From the NCBI GenBank assembly GCA_964057225.1, contig OZ059897.1, positions 10,292,001 to 10,356,000 on the forward strand: DNA of 64,000 nt, written 5' to 3'. The translations under genes and the position numbers were made by a program. Origin of the DNA: Auanema rhodensis. Lineage: Eukaryota > Animalia > Nematoda. Positions 1-9,452 of this stretch are shown one piece after another; position 1 is the stretch's first letter; every line of letters starts with the position of its first letter. The notes under the pieces were generated by a model. The model searched no databases and had not been told where the DNA came from. It saw only the letters and a program-made list of their open reading frames with translations.

Positions 1-1
1 C

Positions 2-3000
2 ACAATAGTACCTTTAGCACAAGACTACGCGCCATGGACTGAGAACCACACGATAGCACACGTCGTAAGCCTGGAAACTAAACAGTTCTACCCAGGAGAA
101 ACCAGATCGCTTACATTGGAAGTAGACGATCCCGCCTCTTACGAACAAGCTTTCATTAGAAGCTCACAGCGGACAGGAAAAATGAGTTTCGCCCCTACTA
201 CTTTCACCCCAACGGGATATGGAGTTCAGATATTTGCTACAAATATCTCTCCAGACACAATTGTAGTACAGACAAATCAAGGCATTGGAACAGCTTACGC
301 TATCCCGAAAAACACGGAGGAGCAAAAAGGACAATATGTGCCACCAGAAGCAAGATGGGAAGATCAACTACCATACTTCCCAGAGGACTTTATAAAAGAC
401 CTCGATGTAACAAACACCATCTTTACTCAGCTAGAGAGACAACAGTTAAAGAAAATAGTGCTCAGAAACAAGGAAGCTTTCTTAAACGAGGATCGCAATA
501 TTGGACTTTTCAAAGGACCAGTGGAACATAGCATCCCGATCATCGAAGGAAAAGTTCCATCTTTCAAGATCACGTACAGAATACCTCTATCACAACAAGA
601 AGAAGTAGAAAAACAAGTGGAGGAAATGTTAGAACAAGGAATAATTGAGCCATCTTTTTCTATGACTACCAGTCCCGTAATATTGGTCAAGAAAAAGGAT
701 AAAACGTACAGATTTGTGACTGATTTTCGAGCACTCAACGCAATAACGCAAAAACAAATCTACGTTATATCTAACATTCAAGACATCTTGGACCTAGCAG
801 CCGGAGCGCGTATCTTCAGTAACTTTGATCTAGTATCTGGATTCTTTCAAATCCCTCTTAGATCAGAAGATAGACACCTCACCGCATTCACTACTACGAG
901 CGGAACTTATCAATACTGCAGAATGCCGATGGGACTCTGCGGAGCTCCACACACATTCCAAAATGCTGTACGATATTTACAACAACACGTACGATGCAAG
1001 CTCTTCGTCTATCTCGACGATCTACTTCTCATATCGGAATCAACGACGAAACATTTACAAGATATCGACGAAGTACTGAACGCATCAGCAGAGCTAGGAT
1101 TAAAAATCAAGCTTAAGAAATGTACCTTCGGACAACAAGAAGTCAAATTCCTAGGATTCATTGTTGGACACGAAGGAATAAAACCAGACCCTCAGAAAGT
1201 AAAAGCAATCCAAGATTATCCAAGACCGAAATCAATAACAGGAGTTCGAGCATTTATGGGAGTTGTGAACTACTTTCGCAGATTTATTAGAAATGCCGCA
1301 GGCATTGCGTCACCACTTTATGAGCTCACGAAAAAGGATACAGCTTTCAAATGGGGAGATGCAGAAGAACAAGCATTTCAACAACTTAAACAGATACTCT
1401 GTCAAGCTCCTGTACTACAAGCACCTATAGCAAAACGACCTTACGTCATTGAAAGCGATGGAAGTATAATTGCAGTTGGCGCAGTACTATTACAGGCTAA
1501 AGACGACAAGGAACCACTTCACCCAATTGCATTTGCCAGCCGAAAACTGAACAAAGCCGAACGGAATTACCCGCCAATTGAAATCGAAGCCCTAGCACTC
1601 ACTTTCGCAGTACATCAATTTCGGACTTACATACTAGGCACACCAATAAGAATCATTACCGATCACAGGCCTCTTACTAGCCTCATGACAAGAAAAGATC
1701 TTATTGGCAGGCTAGCAAAATTTCAAATCGTATTACAAGAATACGACATCGAGATAGTGTATCGCCCAGGACGTCTTAACGGCGTCTGTGATGCACTTTC
1801 ACGATATTTTGAAGACGAAGTCAACGAAGCCAAGGAAAGAAAGAAGAAACCAAAAGAAACTCCTACACACAAAATCTCGACTATTTCAACTATTACGGAC
1901 CTTCGGACCATTCAAGGCAATACAGAATGGATCATGGAAACAAAAGAAAAGATTCGGAACAAAACAGCAGGAAGGCAACTAATGGATCGATATATCGTTG
2001 TGAACGACGCTCTGTATGCAAAACCCAAAACAGCTTTACAAACTCCGCGAGCCATTCTACCAAACGATCCAGCAATCACAATACCAATTATAGAAAAATT
2101 TCATAAAGACCCAATTCTCGGAGCACATCTTGGAATCAATAAGACTCAAGACTCCATTTTGCGACGGTACACTTGGACAGGAATACAGGATGATATCACA
2201 AGATATGTGAACAGATGTCTCGACTGTGCAAAGAGGAAAAATAACCCACATGAAGCCACAGTTGAACCAATGAGAAACTTCCCAACAGTGACACATCCAT
2301 GGGAACGAGTTCACATGGACATACTAGGACCATTACCTAGAACTGCAAAGGATAATAGATACATTTTATCTATACAGGACGCATTTTCCAAATGGATTAT
2401 AGCGATACCATTAATTCGTCAGACATCAGAAGAAATAGTATCAGCTATTATGACACACTTATTCTATGTCTTCGGACCCCCAAAGAAAATCATCACAGAC
2501 AATGGATCAAACTTTGTCTCACACGAATTCAAAAGCATGTGCGATAATCTTGGATCGGAACATCACACAACTATGCCATACTACAAAAACGCAAATGGTC
2601 AAGTGGAACGGCTACACAGAACACTGGAAGAAGCATTAACTTCCTACGTTAATGACGATCAAGACAATTGGGATATTATTCTACCAAAAATTGTTTTTAC
2701 GATGAATCGACTACCAAACGCTACTACTCGCACACCACCCTACGACTGTCTGTTTGGACAAACAGCTCGGTTACCAATAGATAAGGACTTAGAAACTCCA
2801 GGAGCCACAATCAAGAACGCCCCGGACTTACACGAGAAGATTCATGAAAGGATAGAGTTGAATAATGAAAGAATGAAGAAGAAATACGACGAAAATCACA
2901 GGACGCAGGAAAGAGAGATCTTCGTGGAAAATAGAGCACTCGTCAAGCGAGCAAAGCCAGCAAATAAATTACAAACAACAAGCGATGGACCATATATAAT

Positions 3001-3715
3001 CAAGGAAATAAAAGGAAATAACGTAATATTAGCAGATAGCGAAGGGAATACGATTATAGCTCACAAGAATAATATAAGATACTTTCCACCCGACGATAAC
3101 AACGTCGAAGAAAGCGAGCACAACAGAAACGACTCCGCACCCGCCATTTATAGCGACGGCTCACAGCAGGATACGGAAAATACGCGCGCTAAAAATAGCA
3201 CGCCCACCGCAACATCAATCTCTGATTCAGAAAGCGACAACGAGGACGAATTCTACGAACAAAGCCGACCTTCAATAACACCACAAGAAACAATAGCACC
3301 ACAGGAAATTACGCGGGAAACACAACAGGACAATTATCAAGCAGAAACCGGACCGAATACGGCAGACAAGTCAGCTACGGACAAGGACGAAAACAACTTA
3401 TTTCAACAACTTGTCGATAAAATTGGAGAAGAAACAAGGCAAGAGCTCTATGAAGAAAGACGTAAAGAGATACCCACAACCAAAAGATGGAGCTCAGCCC
3501 TCAAGTTGGCACTTGGAATAGAAGACAAAAATCCTATAACCGCTCCAAAACCATTCCACGTACCAATAAGGTACAACAGCGTGATACCCACCTTAGAGTC
3601 TAAAAACAGGCTCACACGCTCTCAGATACCTGATGCTCATTTCAATTCTCCAAAAACACCGGTTGTACGAAAGAAACGACCTTCAACAGTGATTGGAGCA
3701 ACAACAACCATTTAA
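2..3715 (+). CDS. Pol part of polyprotein (post-protease spacer, RT, RNase H, integrase, acidic tail); 5'-truncated by window edge
   Basis: Frame is open from base 2 (the track start at 116 is an internal TTG). RT motifs SPVILVKKKD..RFVTDFRALN, MPMGL, YLDD; RNase H ESDGS and TDHRPL; IN HHCC (H..HLG..C..C), MDILGP, ITDNG, NGQVERLH, GPY. Highly similar to element D. Confidence 0.95.
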   Translation, partial: TIVPLAQDYAPWTENHTIAHVVSLETKQFYPGETRSLTLEVDDPASYEQAFIRSSQRTGKMSFAPTTFTPTGYGVQIFATNISPDTIVVQTNQGIGTAYAIPKNTEEQKGQYVPPEARWEDQLPYFPEDFIKDLDVTNTIFTQLERQQLKKIVLRNKEAFLNEDRNIGLFKGPVEHSIPIIEGKVPSFKITYRIPLSQQEEVEKQVEEMLEQGIIEPSFSMTTSPVILVKKKDKTYRFVTDFRALNAITQKQIYVISNIQDILDLAAGARIFSNFDLVSGFFQIPLRSEDRHLTAFTTTSGTYQYCRMPMGLCGAPHTFQNAVRYLQQHVRCKLFVYLDDLLLISESTTKHLQDIDEVLNASAELGLKIKLKKCTFGQQEVKFLGFIVGHEGIKPDPQKVKAIQDYPRPKSITGVRAFMGVVNYFRRFIRNAAGIASPLYELTKKDTAFKWGDAEEQAFQQLKQILCQAPVLQAPIAKRPYVIESDGSIIAVGAVLLQAKDDKEPLHPIAFASRKLNKAERNYPPIEIEALALTFAVHQFRTYILGTPIRIITDHRPLTSLMTRKDLIGRLAKFQIVLQEYDIEIVYRPGRLNGVCDALSRYFEDEVNEAKERKKKPKETPTHKISTISTITDLRTIQGNTEWIMETKEKIRNKTAGRQLMDRYIVVNDALYAKPKTALQTPRAILPNDPAITIPIIEKFHKDPILGAHLGINKTQDSILRRYTWTGIQDDITRYVNRCLDCAKRKNNPHEATVEPMRNFPTVTHPWERVHMDILGPLPRTAKDNRYILSIQDAFSKWIIAIPLIRQTSEEIVSAIMTHLFYVFGPPKKIITDNGSNFVSHEFKSMCDNLGSEHHTTMPYYKNANGQVERLHRTLEEALTSYVNDDQDNWDIILPKIVFTMNRLPNATTRTPPYDCLFGQTARLPIDKDLETPGATIKNAPDLHEKIHERIELNNERMKKKYDENHRTQEREIFVENRALVKRAKPANKLQTTSDGPYIIKEIKGNNVILADSEGNTIIAHKNNIRYFPPDDNNVEESEHNRNDSAPAIYSDGSQQDTENTRAKNSTPTATSISDSESDNEDEFYEQSRPSITPQETIAPQEITRETQQDNYQAETGPNTADKSATDKDENNLFQQLVDKIGEETRQELYEERRKEIPTTKRWSSALKLALGIEDKNPITAPKPFHVPIRYNSVIPTLESKNRLTRSQIPDAHFNSPKTPVVRKKRPSTVIGATTTI

Positions 3716-3885
3716 TCAAAAATAGAAACTTTTCGGGAAAATAACTTTATTCATTAATTTTTTTTTTATTAATTTATAATAATTCATTCTATCTGCTACC
3801 CAAACAACAAAAACAATGTTTTCCCCAATCATCAATCTTAATATCTATGTATCACAAAATATATACTTACCTATTTTTTTCACCC

Positions 3886-3892
3886 TATATAA
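3886..3892 (+). promoter_or_regulatory. Putative TATA box for accessory ORF of element A
   Basis: TATATAA 51 nt before ATG 3937; element D has the same arrangement. Confidence 0.45.
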
Positions 3893-3936
3893 GCTCAAAA
3901 TTCACCTCAAGCAGAAAAACTCCCAGCACCACAAGA

Positions 3937-4572
3937 ATGGCACTCGTCTTCCCTCCACCAGCCTGCGAGACACCTATCGCGATGATCAAGGAAAAGTGGA
4001 TCAAGATTCATTCGCTCCAGATAGAACTACAACAACTGGAGACAACAAACAACAGGACTAAAAAGATAAAAATCCTCCAATCATTTTCGGAGAATTTAGC
4101 CAGAGTTACTCTATTAATAGAGACTCTGGAAAGGTTACAATGTTCATGTAACAATGATGAAGAAGAGATGGCCAAAATGGCGCAAAACTGGTCCGAGGCC
4201 ACTGCCCGCACCAAGGCCACCATCAACAAACTACGCGAAGATCTAGGCTATCCAGCCTCCGAAAATGTAGCTAGCGCGGATCTCATCCCAAGATGGGCCG
4301 CGGAAGATATCCACAAGAGCTGGACAGAAGAAAGTATGATGGAATCGACTAACCAGTCGATTAGGAAGGCGGGAGACCTGATCAGCCAGGCCTTAAGGAT
4401 ACTAATGGCGACGCGCGCCACCACTCCGGACCAGAAAAGAAAGAAAATGATAATAGCAGGCCAGGCGACGGAACTGCTGACAGACGTCAGCCTGTTCCAC
4501 ATATGGACGGTCGCCGACCGGCAACCCGCGACCGACTTCCAGCTGGGACAAATCGAGGAGGAAGAAGGATAA
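3937..4572 (+). CDS. Accessory ORF2 of element A, ~211 aa, predicted helical, unknown function
   Basis: More GC-rich ORF between pol and 3' LTR. Aligns by eye with element D ORF2 (IKEKWI/IEQEWI, NWSE/KWTE, LGYPA/LGQPA, IPRW/MPTW). ATG 3937 preferred over 3847. Confidence 0.75.
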   Translation: MALVFPPPACETPIAMIKEKWIKIHSLQIELQQLETTNNRTKKIKILQSFSENLARVTLLIETLERLQCSCNNDEEEMAKMAQNWSEATARTKATINKLREDLGYPASENVASADLIPRWAAEDIHKSWTEESMMESTNQSIRKAGDLISQALRILMATRATTPDQKRKKMIIAGQATELLTDVSLFHIWTVADRQPATDFQLGQIEEEEG

Positions 4573-4605
4573 CAGCTGCACGAGGTGAATTCATAGTTTT
4601 TCTTC

Positions 4606-4637
<32 letters not shown>

Positions 4638-4801
4638 ATATTGTTTTCATTTTTTTTTAATATTATTCCTATTACACTATTATTCCTATTCTAGTATTCT
4701 AATTCTAATTCATTTATATATATATTTTTCTCTTTTGTTTCTTTTCCTTAAAAGGTCTAATTTCTTATAGCTGAGGTCAGCTACTTTTTCAATATAAGGC
4801 A

Positions 4802-5140
4802 TGTTCCATACGTGTCTTATAAAGAAGGCGGTTGACAACGTCAACCGACTTTTGGTTAATAGAATTCAATAAGAAACTAGACCTGAACTACTTTTTGTAT
4901 AAATTCAATTATATTTGTAATTAATATTTTGCTATATAAACCCCTGAGAAAGCAACTAGGTTGGCTTTCTCATAACATGTAGTTTCATTTATTTGATTAT
5001 TGTATTTTTGCTTTTATAATAGTATTTCCATATTCTGAATAAACTTCTTTTTCTCTACTCTCTGTTATTTTACAATGGCATTCACACTATTAAAGTCCAT
5101 ATGGTTACCTAGCCGGAACCCTAGGAACCAATATGGAACG
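4802..5140 (+). repeat. 3' LTR of element A (339 bp, TG...CG)
   Basis: Terminal inverted repeat TGTTCCATA...TATGGAACG, TATATAAA ~4933, AATAAA ~5038, preceded by hairpin 4768-4783 and AATATAAGGCA. Partner LTR not in window. Confidence 0.8.
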
Positions 5141-7555
5141 GCAGGATGCAATTGGTTTTGGTGTTATTTTACTCGAAAGGATAAGCGCTGATTGTGTACT
5201 TGGAATCAAAATAGTTTCTTTGCTTATTATAGCATCGTAGTAATGCATATCGATATAATTACAACGGGAATCCGATGTTTGGGGATCCCATATAATTATT
5301 GATGTGTTTGATTTGCAATTACCATGATGAGCACTACAACCTTCAGTGTTTAGTATTAAATTGGATAATATTGTATCATCGGGCATGCGGGTCATGACTC
5401 CGCGCTCTAGTACTAAACGCGGCCGCTCCTCGCACTCGTCGCGGCTAAACGCGCGCGCCGGATCATAGGAGGGCTCTGGGGTTGCTTGTGCTATACTATC
5501 GATTCTCTCCAGCTCCATGTTATTCCATTTGCGATCGCGAATCGCCTGCCTGCACTCGTGCGCCGCTATAGGCTGCACCCTATCGATTGTTCTGTTTGTG
5601 TCGCGGAGGAATAACAAATCGCGTACACACAGCTTGTGTACTTCCTTCGAGCAGCGCCACGCGTCCCACTCGTGTGCCGTGTGGTTTCGCGTGTATAGAT
5701 GGATTTGTGTACGTAGCACATGATTTGTTTCTGTTAATTTACATTTCTTTACTACTGGTGGAACTAATAAGGCTCCTCCAGTTGCTTTTGTGCAAATTTG
5801 ATATGAAGTTACACATGGCAGGAAAATTGCTACTGTGATTGCCATTACAACCGTTAGTGATAACGGTGAAAGGGTCACAGAGTTAATTCGTGGTGTGCTT
5901 CTATCTCGTCCTCTTGATTGATCTCTTTGATTGTTAAAATGGACTCTTCTTTGTCCGTTATGTTCATTAGTCCTTCCTCTTCTACTATTGTTTGAAGGAT
6001 TAAAATTGTTTGAATGCCAGTTGTTATTAAATCGTCCCGAATTTCGTTCATAATTATTGTTACGGCGATAAGTAGCAAAAGAGCCGTTACGATTTTGGTT
6101 GTTATTATATTTTGAAAAGTTTTTATTTTTCTGATAATTTTGATAATTATGATAATTTTTATTGTTTTGGTTATCACGTGGATAATTACGATCGAAATTT
6201 CGGTTATCTCGTCTCTCGTTTGTGCGCGCGAAAGGAGCTAGTGCTTTGTTTACAGCATTGACTAGCATGGACTGCGTGTCTGTTGTCTGGTTCATTATCG
6301 ATTCTTCCCAGCGAGCGGCCTCAATCGCATCCGTGAAGGATTTTGGCTTCGCTCGAATCACAGCTGGTTTCAGAGTATTTTTTAGTCCTCTGAGGAAAGT
6401 TGATCTTAATATGTGATCTTTGTGAGGGTCATCCGTGGCAAAAGCGCTTAGTGCAATCGTTCTCAGTGATTGAGCGTAAGCGTCAATTGTCAGATCCCCT
6501 TGGGTTGTATTTTGGAGATTGATCAGCGCGGGGTCCTGATTATATTCAGGACACAGCTTAGATGTTAAAGCTCTTAACAGGTCATTCCATGAACCGGTGG
6601 TTTTTAATTGTTCAGGTACTTGCCTGTACGCTTCTTCCGCTGCTTCGTTTTTAAGAAGCAAAGGTAGAAGGGCTAATCTCTCCGGGATTACCAGACCTAC
6701 AGCGTTGGCAAATAGGTTGAATTTAGCCGTGAAATCTCGAAAGTTGCGACTGCCATCATAAGTTGGGCAGTAGGGTGATAACAAGGCTTGCGCTATGGTA
6801 GTTTTCCCTGCCCCAGGTAAAGAAGGTTCAGTTGCCATATTACTTGTACGGGCAGATGGCATTTTTATCACTCTGCCTGTTGTTAATGAGTTCTCAGACA
6901 CAGGGGTTGTGTGTACTGAGCGGCTGGGTTGGTTTGGTGCTTTTGAACTTCCTGTTTTTGTATTTGATAAAATTGGGGTTGAAGTTTGGTTATCAGTAAT
7001 AGCAAGATGTGTATGTTCGGGTGGTTGTATGGGAGATAAATTAATGTTTGGAACCGACGAGTATCTGTTCGTGTGGCTGGTGTTCAAGTTTCGATCTTTT
7101 GGTGAACGATTGAAGAGATCAGAAACTATGTTTTTAAAAGTTTGTAAACCGCCTGCACTAGTAGTCGCTACTGAAGGTGAAACTGTTGGTTCAGGGATGG
7201 ACAGAGAGAGAGATGCGTCCGATTTGCTTGAGTTTTTATTTTTATTTTTCTTATTTTTATTTGAATTAGAGGAGCGTACCTTTTTAGCAGTAACTGGTGT
7301 TTGTTCTTCCACTATGATGGATGTTTCTTCTCCTCCTGGTGGTACGTAATCCTCGTCGCTTAATCGTTCGGTAGGTGAATAAGTGCCTGCACGAGGAGTA
7401 AAGAATTTGTCGGTTTTGTGCTCGGCTTTCTGCTCGTCTTCGATTATAGCGATGCTCTGTGCGCGAGCTCGGCTTCTGGTGAGTGGAGCTGAGTCTCGCA
7501 GATCAAAATCAGTTTGTGTACTGAGAGGTACAGCTGATCGGAATCGCTTATCCAC
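5141..7555 (-). pseudogene. Gag + signal peptide + N-terminal part of envelope-like glycoprotein, truncated by insertion of element A
   Basis: Capsid-like CPTYDGSRNF...QGDLTIDAY...FLRGL; N/R-rich region; hydrophobic LSLTVVMAITVAIFLPCVTS then YQIC..GG..PP..C, WDAWRC. The last residues (RSILVPRVPAR) are read from the element A LTR. Confidence 0.85.
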
Positions 7556-8949
7556 TTTGGTAGCGCTCTTGGTTTGAAAAAACCTTGAGTGTTTAGTAAC
7601 GTGGGGGATTTTGAGACGTTAATGAGTGTTATGGATAAGGAGTTTTGGAAAAGGGGTGAGAAAGCTGTGAGTAACTGGTTTGTATAGTCGGCGTTAAGGA
7701 ATGAATCTAAGTTGTGGCCATCAACAGAGATCCGCCTACTACCGTATGAAAATTTGGACTTTGTTCGCTTTCCAATTTAATATTCTTAAATGTATATAAT
7801 TCAACCAGTTTGTATATGTTCAAAAATGTTCAGTGCTCACTTGATTGATGCCTGAGCAATCTCATTAGTCCTTAATCCCATTTTTTTTTCTTTTTCTGAC
7901 TATTCTGATCTTCTTGGACTCACGAGTGATCGAAAATGCCACGAAAATGGACTTTGGTAAATGTTCAAAGGATTTTAGCGGTTTTCATAATGTACATTCG
8001 TAATAGCATTACTCTTTTAAGGAAGCAATTTGGAAAACGAATGAGTACCGTAGTCCCATCATGATCAGAAATCTAGTTTTAAAATTATGGTTAGGAATAG
8101 ATGACTAAAGATTACAATAACTATATTTAAAGAATTATGGTGTTTAGGAATGAGTCTTATGCTTCAAAACAACAATAACGGTATGAGGAAGGTGACATAT
8201 AGTAAGGGGAGAAAATCCAAACTGATATGCTTAAGCCAACACGACCTGATAGACAATCACTAATAATAATTCAGTTCGTAAAATTGTACAGGATTTTTCG
8301 GACTATAGCGATCTTAAAATTCACTTTTCATAATATTCCTCCCATTTAGGTGAGGTTTCCCGTGTAAATTCAATGCGTTATCAAAATATTTTTGGATGTT
8401 AATGGCAAAAAGTTGTCTGAACAGAAATGTAACGCAAAATAAAATAGTCCTGATCGCAAAATATGAAATAATCTCAATTTGGTGCGCAAAATTGTTTCAT
8501 CCACAAAAATAAAGAAATAACCGTGGCTATTCTTTCCTCGAAGCCAAAATCAATCCTTAAAAGGAGAAAGTGTGGGCATAAATCTCAATAAAAATTATCC
8601 TTGGGTGAATTTGTTCACTAATTCATCCTAGGGTCCTCAAAAATGCTTCGAGTTCGGGTAACAGAGTATTCGATGTTAACAGCAAGGGTATAAAAATTGT
8701 TGGGTTCAGACAGACAGAAAATTGTGAACAAACGGGAAAATATAACTTCAGTTTCAAAAAATATAAAATATCCATCTCCAAAAGGAGTGGTCCTTGCATC
8801 TGTTCCCTTTTAAACGTTGTTGGCCCCACCGTATTGTGTTAAGACATGGAGTAGATGGTTTAGAGATATAAGAGAATTCAGATTCAATGAAATATTGAAA
8901 ATAACGAAATATAAGAGAAAATAGTCAAGAATCAAGATAAAATGTTCGA

Positions 8950-8962
8950 GGTGGAACCTCCA
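8950..8962 (-). other. Primer binding site complementary to tRNA-Gln 3' end
   Basis: TGGAGGTTCCACC directly abutting the LTR; matches ...GGUGGAACCU-CCA of eukaryotic tRNA-Gln. Confidence 0.8.
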
Positions 8963-9299
8963 CGTTCCGTTATGCTCTCACGTCGATCCTATAGACCAAT
9001 AAAGCCTACAAGATGAGTGTGATAGTATTCCAGATGTAGCGGTAGATAAAGAGCATAATGGATAAACATAAGACTCGAGAAAGAAAGGTTTATTATGTCT
9101 ACATGATTACAATAAGTTATATAAGTCTACATAAAGATATAAAGTGAAAGAGAGCTAAGAAAGGAAGACCAACCATCCATAGTCATTCCATAAGGCAAAG
9201 CTGAAGTCTGTGTTCCATATGAAGGGCGTGTCGTCCTCTCTCAGCCTCATGTCGTCTGATTCTAACCCGCCTGCTACGTATTGATTTCCGAATGGAACG
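8963..9299 (-). repeat. 5' LTR of element B (337 bp)
   Basis: Lies between PBS and array; terminal inverted repeat CGTTCC...GGAACG; minus-strand AATAAA ~9089-9094; length close to LTR A. Confidence 0.7.
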
Positions 9300-9374
9300 T
9301 CACACAGGAAATGAAGAATCTTAGTTCATTTCAGTAACAATGAACACAATAATTTGGTTTAGTTTGTAATACCG

Positions 9375-9446
9375 GCCCAAGTAGTATAGTGGTTAGTACT
9401 CCACGTTGTGGCCGTGGCGACACAGGTTCGATTCCTGTCTTGGGCA
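9375..9446 (+). tRNA. trnH-GUG: tRNA-His(GUG), first copy; representative of 81 copies
   Basis: Cloverleaf: acceptor GCCCAAG/CTTGGGC + A, anticodon stem CCACG/CGTGG with loop TTGTGGC, T arm ACAGG-TTCGATT-CCTGT. A and B boxes intact; G at -1 (9374); T6 terminator follows. Confidence 0.97.
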
Positions 9447-9452
9447 TTTTTT
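9447..9452 (+). terminator. Pol III oligo-T terminator (repeated after most tRNA copies)
   Basis: TTTTTT immediately after the discriminator A, followed by GTTTT. Confidence 0.85.

Larger units (their letters stand above)
1..5140 (+). mobile_element. Ty3/Gypsy LTR retrotransposon A, 3' part (5' end outside window), nested in element B
   Basis: RT-RNaseH-IN order, accessory ORF, pre-LTR hairpin and LTR 4802-5140. The sequence switches abruptly to element B coding sequence at 5141. Confidence 0.93.
5141..9299 (-). mobile_element. Ty3/Gypsy element B, 5' part (LTR, PBS, long leader, gag-env), interrupted by element A
   Basis: PBS identical to element C; gag and glycoprotein N-terminus homologous to C and D; adjoins the tRNA array at 9299/9300. 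Confidence 0.85.

Noticed and set aside
9211-9299. 89-bp mini-element TGTTCCATA...ATGGAACG resembling LTR A termini
   Set aside because: No flanking TSD; more simply part of the 337-bp LTR of B. Kept only as an alternative.
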